Part shown: positions 40,001 to 52,000 of the stretch, piece after piece
How positions within the stretch are numbered: the first letter of the stretch is position 1
How the letters are laid out: each line of letters opens with the position of its first letter
Assembly (NCBI RefSeq): GCF_004010195.1
Contig: NC_057749.1
Location: 6,574,702-6,634,636, forward strand
DNA: 59,935 bases
From: Chiloscyllium plagiosum
Lineage: Eukaryota
Reading direction: 5' to 3'
Translations under genes and position numbers: made by a program
The notes under the pieces: model-generated
What the model was told of the DNA's origin: nothing
Databases searched by the model: none
What the model saw: only the letters and a program-made list of their open reading frames with translations

Positions 40001-43000
40001 GAAGTCAAAAGTAAAGGCAGTCCTGATGTGAACTTAATAATGGTCTTCACTTCAGTAGGTCTCAGGCAGTGCAAGTTGTATATTCAGTAGTCAGTTTTAA
40101 CATAATCTTGATCTCCAGGTTCAAAGGAACTTTGAACAGAAGCTGTAGAACCAAAAATAACCATTGCCACACAGACCCACCAGGGTTTCCCTTCTTACCT
40201 AATCCCAAACAGCAAAACCTCAACTTCTCTGCATTTATCAAACAATACAGGAGTAGCTTCCAAGGGACAGAGAAGAAAAACCAAACAGCTTGATATTCTT
40301 CGATCAACAAAATTCGGCAGCAGTGAGATTTTCTTCCAACTGCTTCAGCCACTTATAGATTAAATACATGAGCAGAGCCTGTGATGCGATACCCTTTTCT
40401 ATGTCCCAGTGGATGGAGCTGGTGTCTTGGGTCTAATGATCTTTATGTGGTATGTACTTTATGTTTTTAGGTTGCTAAGCAACAATGTCCATTAAAGGCC
40501 TGTCTAAGTGCAGGCATTTTGCTTGAATTCCACAGTAATAAAATAGCCCACTATAGTTCATGGTGGTTTCAGGATCAGATATTAAGTGAGAACTAATTGA
40601 ACAATGTTTTGCTGTGTGTAACCAATTGTAATTTGATAACAGGAGGAGATAGCAACAGCCTGGAAGGTGGCAAGGATTGAGCCAATGGTACTCAGGCTGA
40701 GATTTTCTCTGTCTCAGTACCTGGATGGACCTGGTAAGTAACGAGTGTGAATTTTGCTAAACATTTTTCCTTGAAATTTTCTCGACTGAATTCTATAGTT
40801 GACTCACTGACTTTTTGTTATTTGCTTATGGGTTGTGGGCTTTTTTGGCTAGGCCAGCATTTATCACCCATCCCTAATTGCCCAGAGGAGTCACACAAAT
40901 TGCTGTGCGTCAGGAGTCACATGTAGGCCAGATCCAGTAAGGATGGCAGTTTCCTTCCGAGAGGGCATCAGTGAACCAGATGGATTTTTCTGACAATCAA
41001 TTCATGGTCACCATTAGACCCTTAGTTCCGGATTATTTATTGAATTCAGATTCGACCATGGTGGGATTCGAACCCAGGTCTCCAGAGCATTAGCTGAGTT
41101 TCTGGATTAATATTCTTGTAATAAAATCACTAGACCATTGCATTGTAGGCAAATCACAGGCCCTAATAACACACATAGGCCCTAATAACACACTCTGTGG
41201 GGAGATGGTGATGTAGTGGTAATACGAGTGCCCTTAATATCACCAAAGGCTCAGTCTAATGGACATGAGCTCAAATTGCATTACAGTAGCTGGTAGCATT
41301 TCAATTCGGATTAACAAATCTGGAATATGAAAGCAGTCTCTGTAATGGTAATCATGGCATCCATCATTTTGTTTTTTATTTAAAAAATGTACTTTATTCA
41401 TAAAAAAATTCATTATATATATATACAAAGTCACAAATGCAGTTCGGTTCCGTACAGTAGCATATCAAGGAAACAATCAAACATTGGAATTTGATTCTAC
41501 CCAAACAAATTAAAGGTGTCTCTTACTTGAACCAGACTATATTTACATGCATTTGATGCATGAGATGGGTCTGATAACTGAACGGACCCCAATTTACCTT
41601 TGGCAGAAAGACCTCAGACAGTGGGCTTTCCCCATTGCGCCTTGGCAGCAGCTTCCCAACGCTTTAGTGCATCCCTCAGCACGTGGTCCTAGCTATCATT
41701 TAATTTTCTTTAAAGTTTCAAACATATACTTTATTCATAAAAAATATCTTTGTATATATACATAGTCGCAAACATAGTTCGGCTTTGTACCATTGCATAT
41801 CATTGGAACAACGCAAACATTGGAGTTTGACTCTATCCAAATAGACCACAAACCTCTCTTACACATACAATACTATATTTACATACATTTATTGTTGTAA
41901 AACACACCTATTCACTAATGCTTTGGAAAGGAAAGGTCCCAAAATAAATTGGTCTGATTCACATGTGTCTCCTGGTCAATGTTACTTTTGAACTCATTGT
42001 TGCCTTCTGTAATGGATGTGTTCAAGGGCAATTGGAGATGCTGACCTTGTTAACAACCCCCACATAACTTGATAACACGTAAATACTGCAAATCAGCAGC
42101 AATTAGTTTCTCTCTGTCTCCATCCTTTGCAGATGATAATACGACATTGAGTAAATTATATGTTGCTAATTATAAAATCTGTTTTATGCTTTATCTGTTG
42201 AGCTATTAAGGGCTGATTCATTTCTTGGGTAAAATACCTTTTCTTATAGGTGCATAAATACATTCTAATAATTTACTTTAATGCAATTTATTTTCCATGC
42301 AAAATGATCGCAAGTTGTTTCACAGATGTGTCATTCACTGTGGAATTATTCACCACTTTAACATATCTCAGGTTTATGCCCATTGCTCCATATCCCCAAT
42401 ACCTGTCAGGTGAGTGGAACCAAACATTGCCCATGTAGTTGAAACTTTGCTGAGATTGGCTTCCAACCAGCATGGACTTGATGGGCCAAAGGGTCTTCAT
42501 CTGTGCTGTAGATCAGTGATTGATTGATTTATTGTCAAGTGTGCTGGAGTACAGTGCAAAGCTTTGTTTATGAACAGTACAGGCAGATCATAGCAAGCAA
42601 GCATGTAAAGATCAAAAACACTTAGGTAGAAGCATACAGATTACATGCACAGGACATGCCCAAGGCGACATCAGTGTTAGCAAGATCAGTTTTACTTGTG
42701 GCTGATAATGGCTGTATGCCTCTATGACTGTAAAAAAATGCAGCTTCCTTTACTGCTATTTGCACTAAGACACATTGTGAGATTTTCTGAGCAAGATAAT
42801 ACTGCAATCTTTAACTTCTATTTATATTATCTGATTTACAAGACCAAGTTGTTATGGTTCTGTTCGCCGAGCTGGAAGTTTTTGTTGCAAACGTTTCGTC
42901 CCCTGGCTAGGCGACATCATCAGTGAATGGGAGCCTCCTGCGAAGCGCTTCTTTGATGTTTCCTCCGGTGTTTATAGTGGTCTGTCCCTGCCGCTTCCGG

Positions 43001-46000
43001 TTGTCAGTTTCAGCTGTCCGCTGTAGTGGTTGGAATATTGGGTCCAGGTCAATGTGTTTGTTGATGGAGTTTGTGGATGAATGCCATGCCTCTAGGAATT
43101 CCCTGGCTGTTCTCTGTCTGGCTTGCCCTATGATAGTAGTGTTGTCCCAGTCAAATTCATGTTGCTTGTTGTCTGCGTGTGTGGCTACTAAGGATAGCTG
43201 GTCGTGTCGTTTCGTGGCTAGTTGATGTTCATGTATGCGGATTGTTAGCTGTCTTCCTGTTTGTCCTATATAGTGTTTAGTGCAGTCCTTGCATGGTATT
43301 TTGTACACTACATACGTGGAGCACCAATAATGTTTTTGTGGTGTTAACTGAAGGAGAGGGGTGGGGGACCAATCTTTCCTCCTCATTAAAAAAAAGAGTA
43401 GCCACTCATAATTAGTTGTGAGATTTTGCTGTGCACAAAATGGCTGCCACATTCCCCATATTTTTGAATGAGTTCACTTCTATGAGGTTCTTTGAAGAGC
43501 GTTGCAGCAAAAATGTTTCTTGGAGTAGCAAGCCTTGCTTCTTCCCACCTCTCAGTTGTTCAATGGTAAATTCTGGTGAATTTAAAGAGTGTTCAAAGTT
43601 AAAAATCACACAACACCAGGTTATAGTCCAACAGGTTTAATTGGAAGCACGAGCTTTTGGAGCACCACTCCTTCATCAGGTGGTTGTGGAGGATACAATT
43701 GTAAGGCACAGAATTTATAGCAAAAATTGACAGTGTGATGTAACTGAAATTATACATTAACAATAATTTGATTGTCTGTTGAGTCTTTCATCTGTTCAAA
43801 TACCATGATAGTTTCACTACTTTCATGTGTAAATCACAAAACCTTTTTTTAAAAGTTGCATTCTCGATTAGCTGTAACAATTGGTGTTAGCTCGACAATA
43901 TGTTGAAGGTGTTGGCCCCCTGTGTTCTCTGTCTATGCCATGATGTTTTGATTGATTCTAATCTAAAAAGTGAGATAACAGAGTTTTATATGAATTCATG
44001 CAGTACAATGTAACCCTGCAAGTACAAATTCACCCCACAAAGTATATGTGCGCATGTGGGTCTTTGTGTCTGTCTCTGTGTGTGTCTGTCTGGGTTGGGG
44101 ATTGTGAGTGTGAGAATGTGTATGCGTGTGTGTAGTGAGTGCAGAGTGTCTTAAGTCTGTGAGGGGGTGCATGTGTGAGTGTGGGTTTGAACAAGACCAA
44201 GTCTTTAAAGACGACTGACATTTTCTTTCGAAAAGGTTATTCTTTCATGGGATGTGGGTGTTGCTGGCAAGGCCAACATTAGTTCCTCCATCCCTAATTG
44301 CCCTATGACCTGGATGGCTCGCTCAGTGATTCTAAGAGGGTGGTTCAGAGCTAACTACTTTGCAGTGGCCCTGGAGTCACGGGTAGGTCAGACTGGGTAA
44401 GGTTGGCAGACTTCCTTTCCTGATGGGGAACAGATGAAAGTTTCATGGTCACCATTGCAGAAATTAGCTTTCAATTCCAGTTTGATCAATTCATTATATT
44501 TACATTCCCCCATAATGGACTTTGAACCTGTAATCTAGGCCTCTGCATTACTCTCTGTGAGTCAGCATTTATTGCCTCAAGGCTAATCCTGTTTCTTCCC
44601 CTCAGATGATCTGTAAAATATTTTCCAGCATTTTCTGCTGTCATTTCAGAACTCTACTTTTTTCGATTCAAACCAAAATTGTGTGGATTCAAGTTCCCAG
44701 TGAGGACTAAATCCTGTCATCCATGTTGATACTCCAGTGCAGAAGATGGAAGATCTGTCTCTTGGATAAGATATTCATTTGAGAGTTTCTTTCCAATCTA
44801 ATAATATGGAGCACCAATAATGTTTTTGTGGTGTTAACTGAAGGAGAGGGGTGGGGGGTCTCCTCATGTTTTGGCCAATCTTTCCTCCTCATTTAAAAAA
44901 AAGAGTAGCCACTCATAATTAGTTGTAAGATTTTGCTGTGCACAAAATGGCTGCCATATTCCCCATATTTTTGAATTAGTTCACTTCTATGAGTTCTTTG
45001 AAGAGCGTTGCAGCAAAAATGTTTCTTGGAGTAGCAAGCCTTGCTTCTTCCCACATCTCAGTTGTTCAATGGTAAATTCTGGTGAATTTAAAGGTGTTTA
45101 AAGTTAAAAATCACACAACACCAGGTTATAGTCCAACAGGTTTTAATTGGAAGCACTAGCTTTTGGAGCACCGCTCCTTCATCAGGTGGTTGTGGAGGAT
45201 ACAATTGTAAGGCACAGAATTTATAGCAAACATTGACAGTGTGATGTAACTGAAATTATACATTAAAAATACTTTGAATGTCTGTTGAGTCTTTCATCTG
45301 TTCGAATAACATGATAGTTTCACTTCTTTCATGTGTAAATCACAAAACCTTTTTTTAAAAGTCGCATTCTCAGATTAGCTGTAACAATTGGTGTTAGCTC
45401 GACAATATGTTGAAGGTGTTGGCCCCCTGTGTTCTCTGTCTATGCCATGATGTTTTGATTGATTCTAATCTAAAAAGTGAGATAACGGAGTTTTATATGA
45501 ATTCATGCAGTACAATGTAACCCTGCAAGTACAAATTCACCCCACAAAGTATATGTGCGCATGTGGGTCTTTGTGTCTGTCTCTGTGTGTGTCTGTCTGG
45601 GTTGAGGGTTGTGAGTGTGAGAGACAGTGTATATGTGTAGTGAGTGTAGAGTGTCTGTGTGCATGTGCGTGTATAGGAGTGCCTCTGTGCGTGTGTGTAG
45701 GAGTGTCTGTGTGTGTCTATAGTGCAATGGTGGTCACCTGTAGAGTGTTGATTGTAACCCTTTGACCTAGTAGCCATTGTAATGAGACCCTCACAGTGAC
45801 CCTATTTTAATTTCCCGACAGAACCATCGGTAGATGTTTTCCAGCCATCCAATAAAGAAGGGTTTGGCCTTGGACTTCAACTGAAGAAGTGAGTACACGG
45901 GTCCAAAATAATTTCACAAAAATCGGTGATCATCACTTCATGGGATCTTGCTGAGTCCAATAGCTTTTGCACTGTCTTATTTTCAACCGTGACAACACTT

Positions 46001-49000
46001 CATTGCCTGTAAAGTGCTTTGTGATATCCTGAGGCTGTGAAAAGCATTATCTCAATGTAAAAAATTCTCTTTATATCAGAATGTTATCTTTTAAAATCAT
46101 GATTACAAGTAATTGCACAGGGATTATATGTGTAACTATATCTCTCAAAAGACAATCAAAGTCTTGCAAATGATTTGCATTTTCTGTAGGTGTCAAACTG
46201 ATCTGTAAAAACATTCCCATCACATTGTCATTAATTCCAACCCTCTATTTATAAAACTGCGTAACTTGAATCTCATCAAGCACGACCATGAGAGATCTGG
46301 CAGGGCATGTAAAACATGTGCATAATACAAAGTGAGGTCAATTTTATGGTTACCAAACATCTGATTTGAACAGGAGGGGCCATGTAAACGAAAGTGATTG
46401 GCAGCCCATTGTCTTCCTGTCACACCCCTCATGCTGCCCCCGACATAATAAAGAGAAGACCTATTAGCACGGAGATAAGGAGAAACTTCTTCAGCCAGAG
46501 AGTGGTGAATCTGTGGAATTCATTGTCTCAGAAGGCTTTGGAGGCCAGGTCATTGAGTATATTTGAAACAGAGAGAGAGAAATGCTTGATTGCCAAGGGG
46601 ATCAAAGGTTATGGGCAGAAAATGGGAAAATGGGATTGGAAAACTTATCAGCCATGATTGAATAGGGGAGCATACTTGATGGTCCGAATGGCGTAATTAC
46701 TGATGCTATGCTGTATGGTCTTATAGCAAAGGATAGCCAATGCCTTAGTAACAGCCAGCACTCCCTTAAGCCTATTGAAGTCCTTGAATGGAAATGAACT
46801 GCCACATAAGGGCCTCCTTCTATGCCGCAATTTTCCTGTCTGTGAGGGAAGACGAGAACAAGGTGAGGGCAGTATGGTAGCTCGCCATTATTACGATCCC
46901 AGCTGATATTAGATTAGATTAGATTAGATTAGATTTTTAGATTAGATTAGATTACAGTGTGGAAACAGGCCCTTCGGCCCAACAAGTCCACACCGACCCG
47001 CCGAAGCGAAACCCACCCATACCCCTACATTTACCCAGAGTGAAATCTGACTTGTTAGATCTTAAATTTGTATTGTTTATATCAACCCAGCTCCCAAAAC
47101 TAAGATAAGCAAGTAAGACTTTTTTGGACCAAAGGAGAAAGTGAGGATTGGAAATGCTGGAGATCAGAGTCAAAACATGTGGTGCTGGAGAAGCACAGTT
47201 GGTCAGGCAGCATCCGGGAACAGGAGAGGTGACATTTTGAGCATAAACTCCTTCCTGATGAAGAACTTATGCTTGAAATGTCGACTCTCCTGCTCCTTGG
47301 ATGCTGCCTGACTGGCTGTGCTTTTCCAGCACCACATTTTTTGACTCGATATTTGGGACAAAAGTCCAGGTACGACTTTTACATGAGATGGACAATTACT
47401 TGTACAGGTCCTGACCAAAGGATGCAGGTGATGGAGTAGGCGCAGCTCCCGAGAAAAGTCTTAACCATTTGTTGGGAATGGAGATGACCGTGAGATGTTT
47501 GTGTGAAGACGGTCAGTGTCCTTTGTTGGTCCTTTTTGCAGAATCCTAGGAATGTTCACATCTCAACAGTGGAAGCACCTAAGCAACGATTTCCTGAAGC
47601 GCCAACAAGAGAAGAGGCAGAGCTGGTTCAAGTCGAGCAGTCGAGTGAAGAAATTCCGATCTGGGCTCAGCATCTTCTCGTCAATCCCAAAGTAAGGGGA
47701 ATCGTGGGCTAGGTGCAAAAATGATAGTGTTAAGGGCAGCATCGTGTGATTCTCGATAGAGAAAAGTCACCAACCATAAATGCTTCGAAGTGTCAGCACT
47801 TGGCTGCCTAGCCACTGAGATATCTTACCTTTTTCCCAATCTCTAAATGTATTTAGGACTAACGTAGGAAAGTGTTTGAAGAAAATGGACATTAAAAAAA
47901 AACAAATTAAGTGTTGATTTCTCTTCTTGCAACAGCTTCTAGGGCCCTAATCTTTAATCCTGGGAGGTTCCAGGAAAATCTCCGAAGGGTGGCTACCTGC
48001 AATCGGGTATTTTAAAATATACGATTCCATTAATTAACATAGGTAAGTGTTGCCAATAAATGCTGACCCAGCCAGAGATGCTGACATCCCATAAGAGAAT
48101 AGAAAAGTAGGAAGAGTTCCGTTGGCTTCTTGGGTAGAATCCTTCCTTCTGAACCAGTGGCCTGCGGTTCGAGACTCAATCTAGGATTTGACGGAGGAGA
48201 GAGGTGCATTCATGACATATCCCAATCATTAATGTGCAAGTCCTGCCAACGTATTAGTGGTAGGGCTGGGAATGTCTTTTAGTCAGCTATACTCAGTCTG
48301 GTGTGGCACCTTTCCCGCGATGGCCTCTAATGGTAGCTGACGGCCTGGTCTAGGTAAAATGAGTGTCAGAAACAACCATTGCTGCCTCTGTCCCATGCAA
48401 TTCTAGATATGGGAAGAGACTCAAAAAGAATTGATAGAGTCTTTTCCATACTAAGAAACAATTTAGTGAAAATCCTACTAACACTGAACTGATGACTTCC
48501 TTCTGTAGGAGCACTAAAATATTGCCATTGCTGATAGGGTCATTGATGAGTGGTTAACGCCATTGACAATTGTGAAGTAGCTGTCCATGAAAAGCGAAAT
48601 GTAGATCTTACCCTCTGATGACAAAATGACGCAGAAGAAGGCCATTCAGGCCATTGTGCCTGTACCGGCAGCTCAATGTTTGTATCATCCTGCCAACTGA
48701 TAAAACAATCTCTCCACCTCTTGTTCCAGATCTCCAAGTTTCCCCCTCATTCAGGACTCCATGCTGAAGAGCAAACTCGGGGTGCCAGATCTCCGAGTCA
48801 ATCGCATCATTAATCGTTCCATCTCTTGCACCATGAAATCGCCCAAAGTGGAACTCCTTGGAATCCCCTCAGCTAATCAGGCAAGTTCCCCCCCACACCC
48901 CACCCTCCCTCACCACCTCTGTAATGTAAAGTCAAAATGAAGTTACCACAGCTCAAGAGGAGTATAGGGGTGCCGTCTCATTAGAGAGTGTTATGGATCA

Positions 49001-52000
49001 GAGCAAACCACCTCAAAATATATTTAAAAAGATAGCCTGTACCGTAATGTTTTCTTATTTTAAAGGTAAATGTGAGATGTTGCATTTCAATTGGTCAAAC
49101 TACCAGATTTAAAGTAAAACACACTTTATTCATCCACTATAGTTAAAATACAATGAACAAAGAACTAAGAAAATTACAGCACAGAAACAGGCCCTTCACC
49201 CTCTAAGCCTGCGCTGATCCAAATCCTCTCTCTAAACCTGTCGCATGTTTCCTAGGTCTGTATCCCTTTGCTCCCTGCCCATTCATGCATCCATCCGGAA
49301 TGAAAGAAATGGAATAACTTAACGCTGTTGGAAAATTTGGTAACTGTGACTAATTAACTGTTCCAATATAGTAACATCCCATAACCCCTTGGCAAAAAGA
49401 CACATTCAGGAACCAGATTATCTCACGTGCAACTCCCATGAGAGAGTGAAAAAATTAGCTTTCACTGCTTCAAGGCCTCCAGTAGCAACTGCTGAGAGCT
49501 AAAGCTAAAAATCATGGATCTGCGAGAGCTCGATCACACCCATTCAGGCTGCTTCTATTGTTCCAACTTTGAAAAATTCACCCAAGGCCTCACAAGTTGG
49601 TTATCTTCTCATAGACTGCTAATTTTCTGGCCCCAATCTCTTTCTACAAGAAACCAGGGCAAAACGCACCTCTGAAAGCCACAGTATCATCACAAGAGAG
49701 ATGACTGATGATTAGTTTAAACTGATGGTCAATGTACTTAAGCCAAGGGGAGAGGTTGAGAAGAGGTTGGGATTTTCATGGTAACCTCCGGATTTGAGCC
49801 TGTACTGTTGACATCATTCTGCATCACAAGCCAGCTCTCCAGCCAACTGTGTAAATTATCTACAACTGCTGGCTCGTTTAAGTAGATAGGCGATGCATTT
49901 ACGCAACCTGGATAACTCAAAGCTTTTCACAGTTTATGACAAACAATGCTAAGCCATTTGAATTGTGTTCATTTTAAGGTGAAAGGCACCCCCAAGTGAT
50001 GATTATGTCTCAGCACAGATTGTTCAGAGTGATAGTGACCAACAATGATAAATCATTCAATAATAAATTATATTCCACAATTCTCACTATATTCTCCCAG
50101 TGGAATAGCTGAGCAGCGTGGTGGCTTAGTGGTTAGCACTGCTGCCTCACAGCACCAGGTGGTTGGGTTTTCTCCCACAGTCCAAAGAAGTGCATGTTAG
50201 GTGGATTGGCAATGCTAAATTGCCTCATAGTGCTAGGTGCATTAGTCAGAGGGAATTGTGCTTGGGTGGGTTACTCTTCAGAGGGTCAGTGTGGACTTGT
50301 TAGGCCAAATGACCTGTTTCCACACTGTAGGGAATCTAATCTTAAATACTTGGATTCTCCTTGCTCTGTTCCATCACAGTGGAAAACAGTTGTGATACGC
50401 CAAAGGAGAATTGCGCATGGTCAAAATGCATTTTTGTGTGTCTGTGAGCTTATAACTTATTTTACAGTTCAGCAAGAATCCAATTTAAAAAAAAAAGCAA
50501 AAGTAAATCTGAAACAAACACAGAGAATGCTAAAGCAGCTCAGCAGATCTGGCAGCATCTGTAGAGAGAGAATCAGAGATAACATTGGAATCCTATGGAA
50601 CTCTTCCTCAGAGCAGGCTATTGTACTGAGTCAGAATTTTCTGAGCTGAGGCAAATGGCGATGACATAGCAGCGATGTCACTGGGTCAGAAATCCAAAAG
50701 CCTCGGGCTGTGGGTTCAAATCCCATCATGGCAGTTTATGCAATTTGAATTTGATGAATAATTCTGAAATTGAACACAAGTCTCAGGAATGGTCACCAAA
50801 ACAACTATCATTGACTGTTGAATTAACAAACTACCAGTTTCACTATTGCTCCTTGGTAAAATCTGCTTGTCCTGACCCTGGTCTGGCCTACGTGTAACTC
50901 CAGGCAATGTGGTTGACTCTTAACTGCCCTCTGAAATGGCTCAATAAGTCTCTTGGTTGAGGAGGTGATAGCCTAGTGGCATTACTGCTTGTTTTCATTC
51001 TAGTGATAATGTTCTGGAGACCTGGCTTCAAATCCCAACATGATAGAAATCTAGAATTAAGAGGCTAATGATGACCATAAAACTCTTGCCAATTATTGGA
51101 AAACTCCACCTGGTTCACTGATGACCTTTATGCGGTGTTCTTACCTGGTCTGACCTACATGTGACCCCAGACCCACAGCAATGTGGTTGGCGATTAGGGA
51201 TGGGCAATAAATATTAGCCCAGTCAGCAATGCCCATGTTCTGTGAATGCAAAACTGATACTGGCATTGTTGGTGATGCCCACATCCAATTGTTGCATTAA
51301 TGGTTAATTTATAAAACATAAAATACTTCATTTGCTGAATCTGTTACAAATTTTATCTGTTTATCCACAGGCTGGGAGCCACTGCAAGAACATTCCAACA
51401 TTAGAGTATGGCTTTCTTGTACAGGTAAACTCTGAGAAAATTGTGGCACTTATAGTCAATAATGAGCAACAAATGAATGATTTCTTTTCAAAAACGTTAG
51501 CCAATTATAATGAGACCATAAGAAATAAAATCAAGCCTCTAAAGCTTGCTCTGCTATTCAGTAAGATCGTGACTGAACTGACGTTCCTCAGGCCCATTTT
51601 TCTTCACTTTTTCCCATAACCTTTGGTCCTTCTACTGACCAAGAATCTATCTATCTCAGCTTTATGGACACTTCTTTCTTGTCAGCTCCTTCTCCTTCAA
51701 ACCCTTGCATCGAATCCCATCTTCCCAAGTTATTCTCCTTTCCGTGGTTTTCGTCTACCTCCTCAATGCCTTATGAAGACATCTGTTCATGAATGCTATG
51801 AAACAGAATTAAGAGGAAACCTATGTGTAATAATAATGGAGATCCAAACATAAATTACAATTGCAAACAAAGTGTCAATCTGTTGAGCCGTCTCTCAGCC
51901 GACTAAACTGAGGCAGGGCAGGACTTAGAACAAGCTGTCTATTTACTGAGCAAACCACATCTGTTTAAAAGAGTCTTTATGTACTACAACAGAGCTCATG

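Noticed and set aside
42907..43452. 181-aa novel GIY-YIG protein gene
   Set aside because: The first ~45 residues come from the duplicated flank; the ORF is an insertion-junction chimera without the RT domain
46907..46955. CRISPR-like or telomere-like array
   Set aside because: Simple (TTAGA)n, the reverse complement of the HE1 (TAATC)n tail
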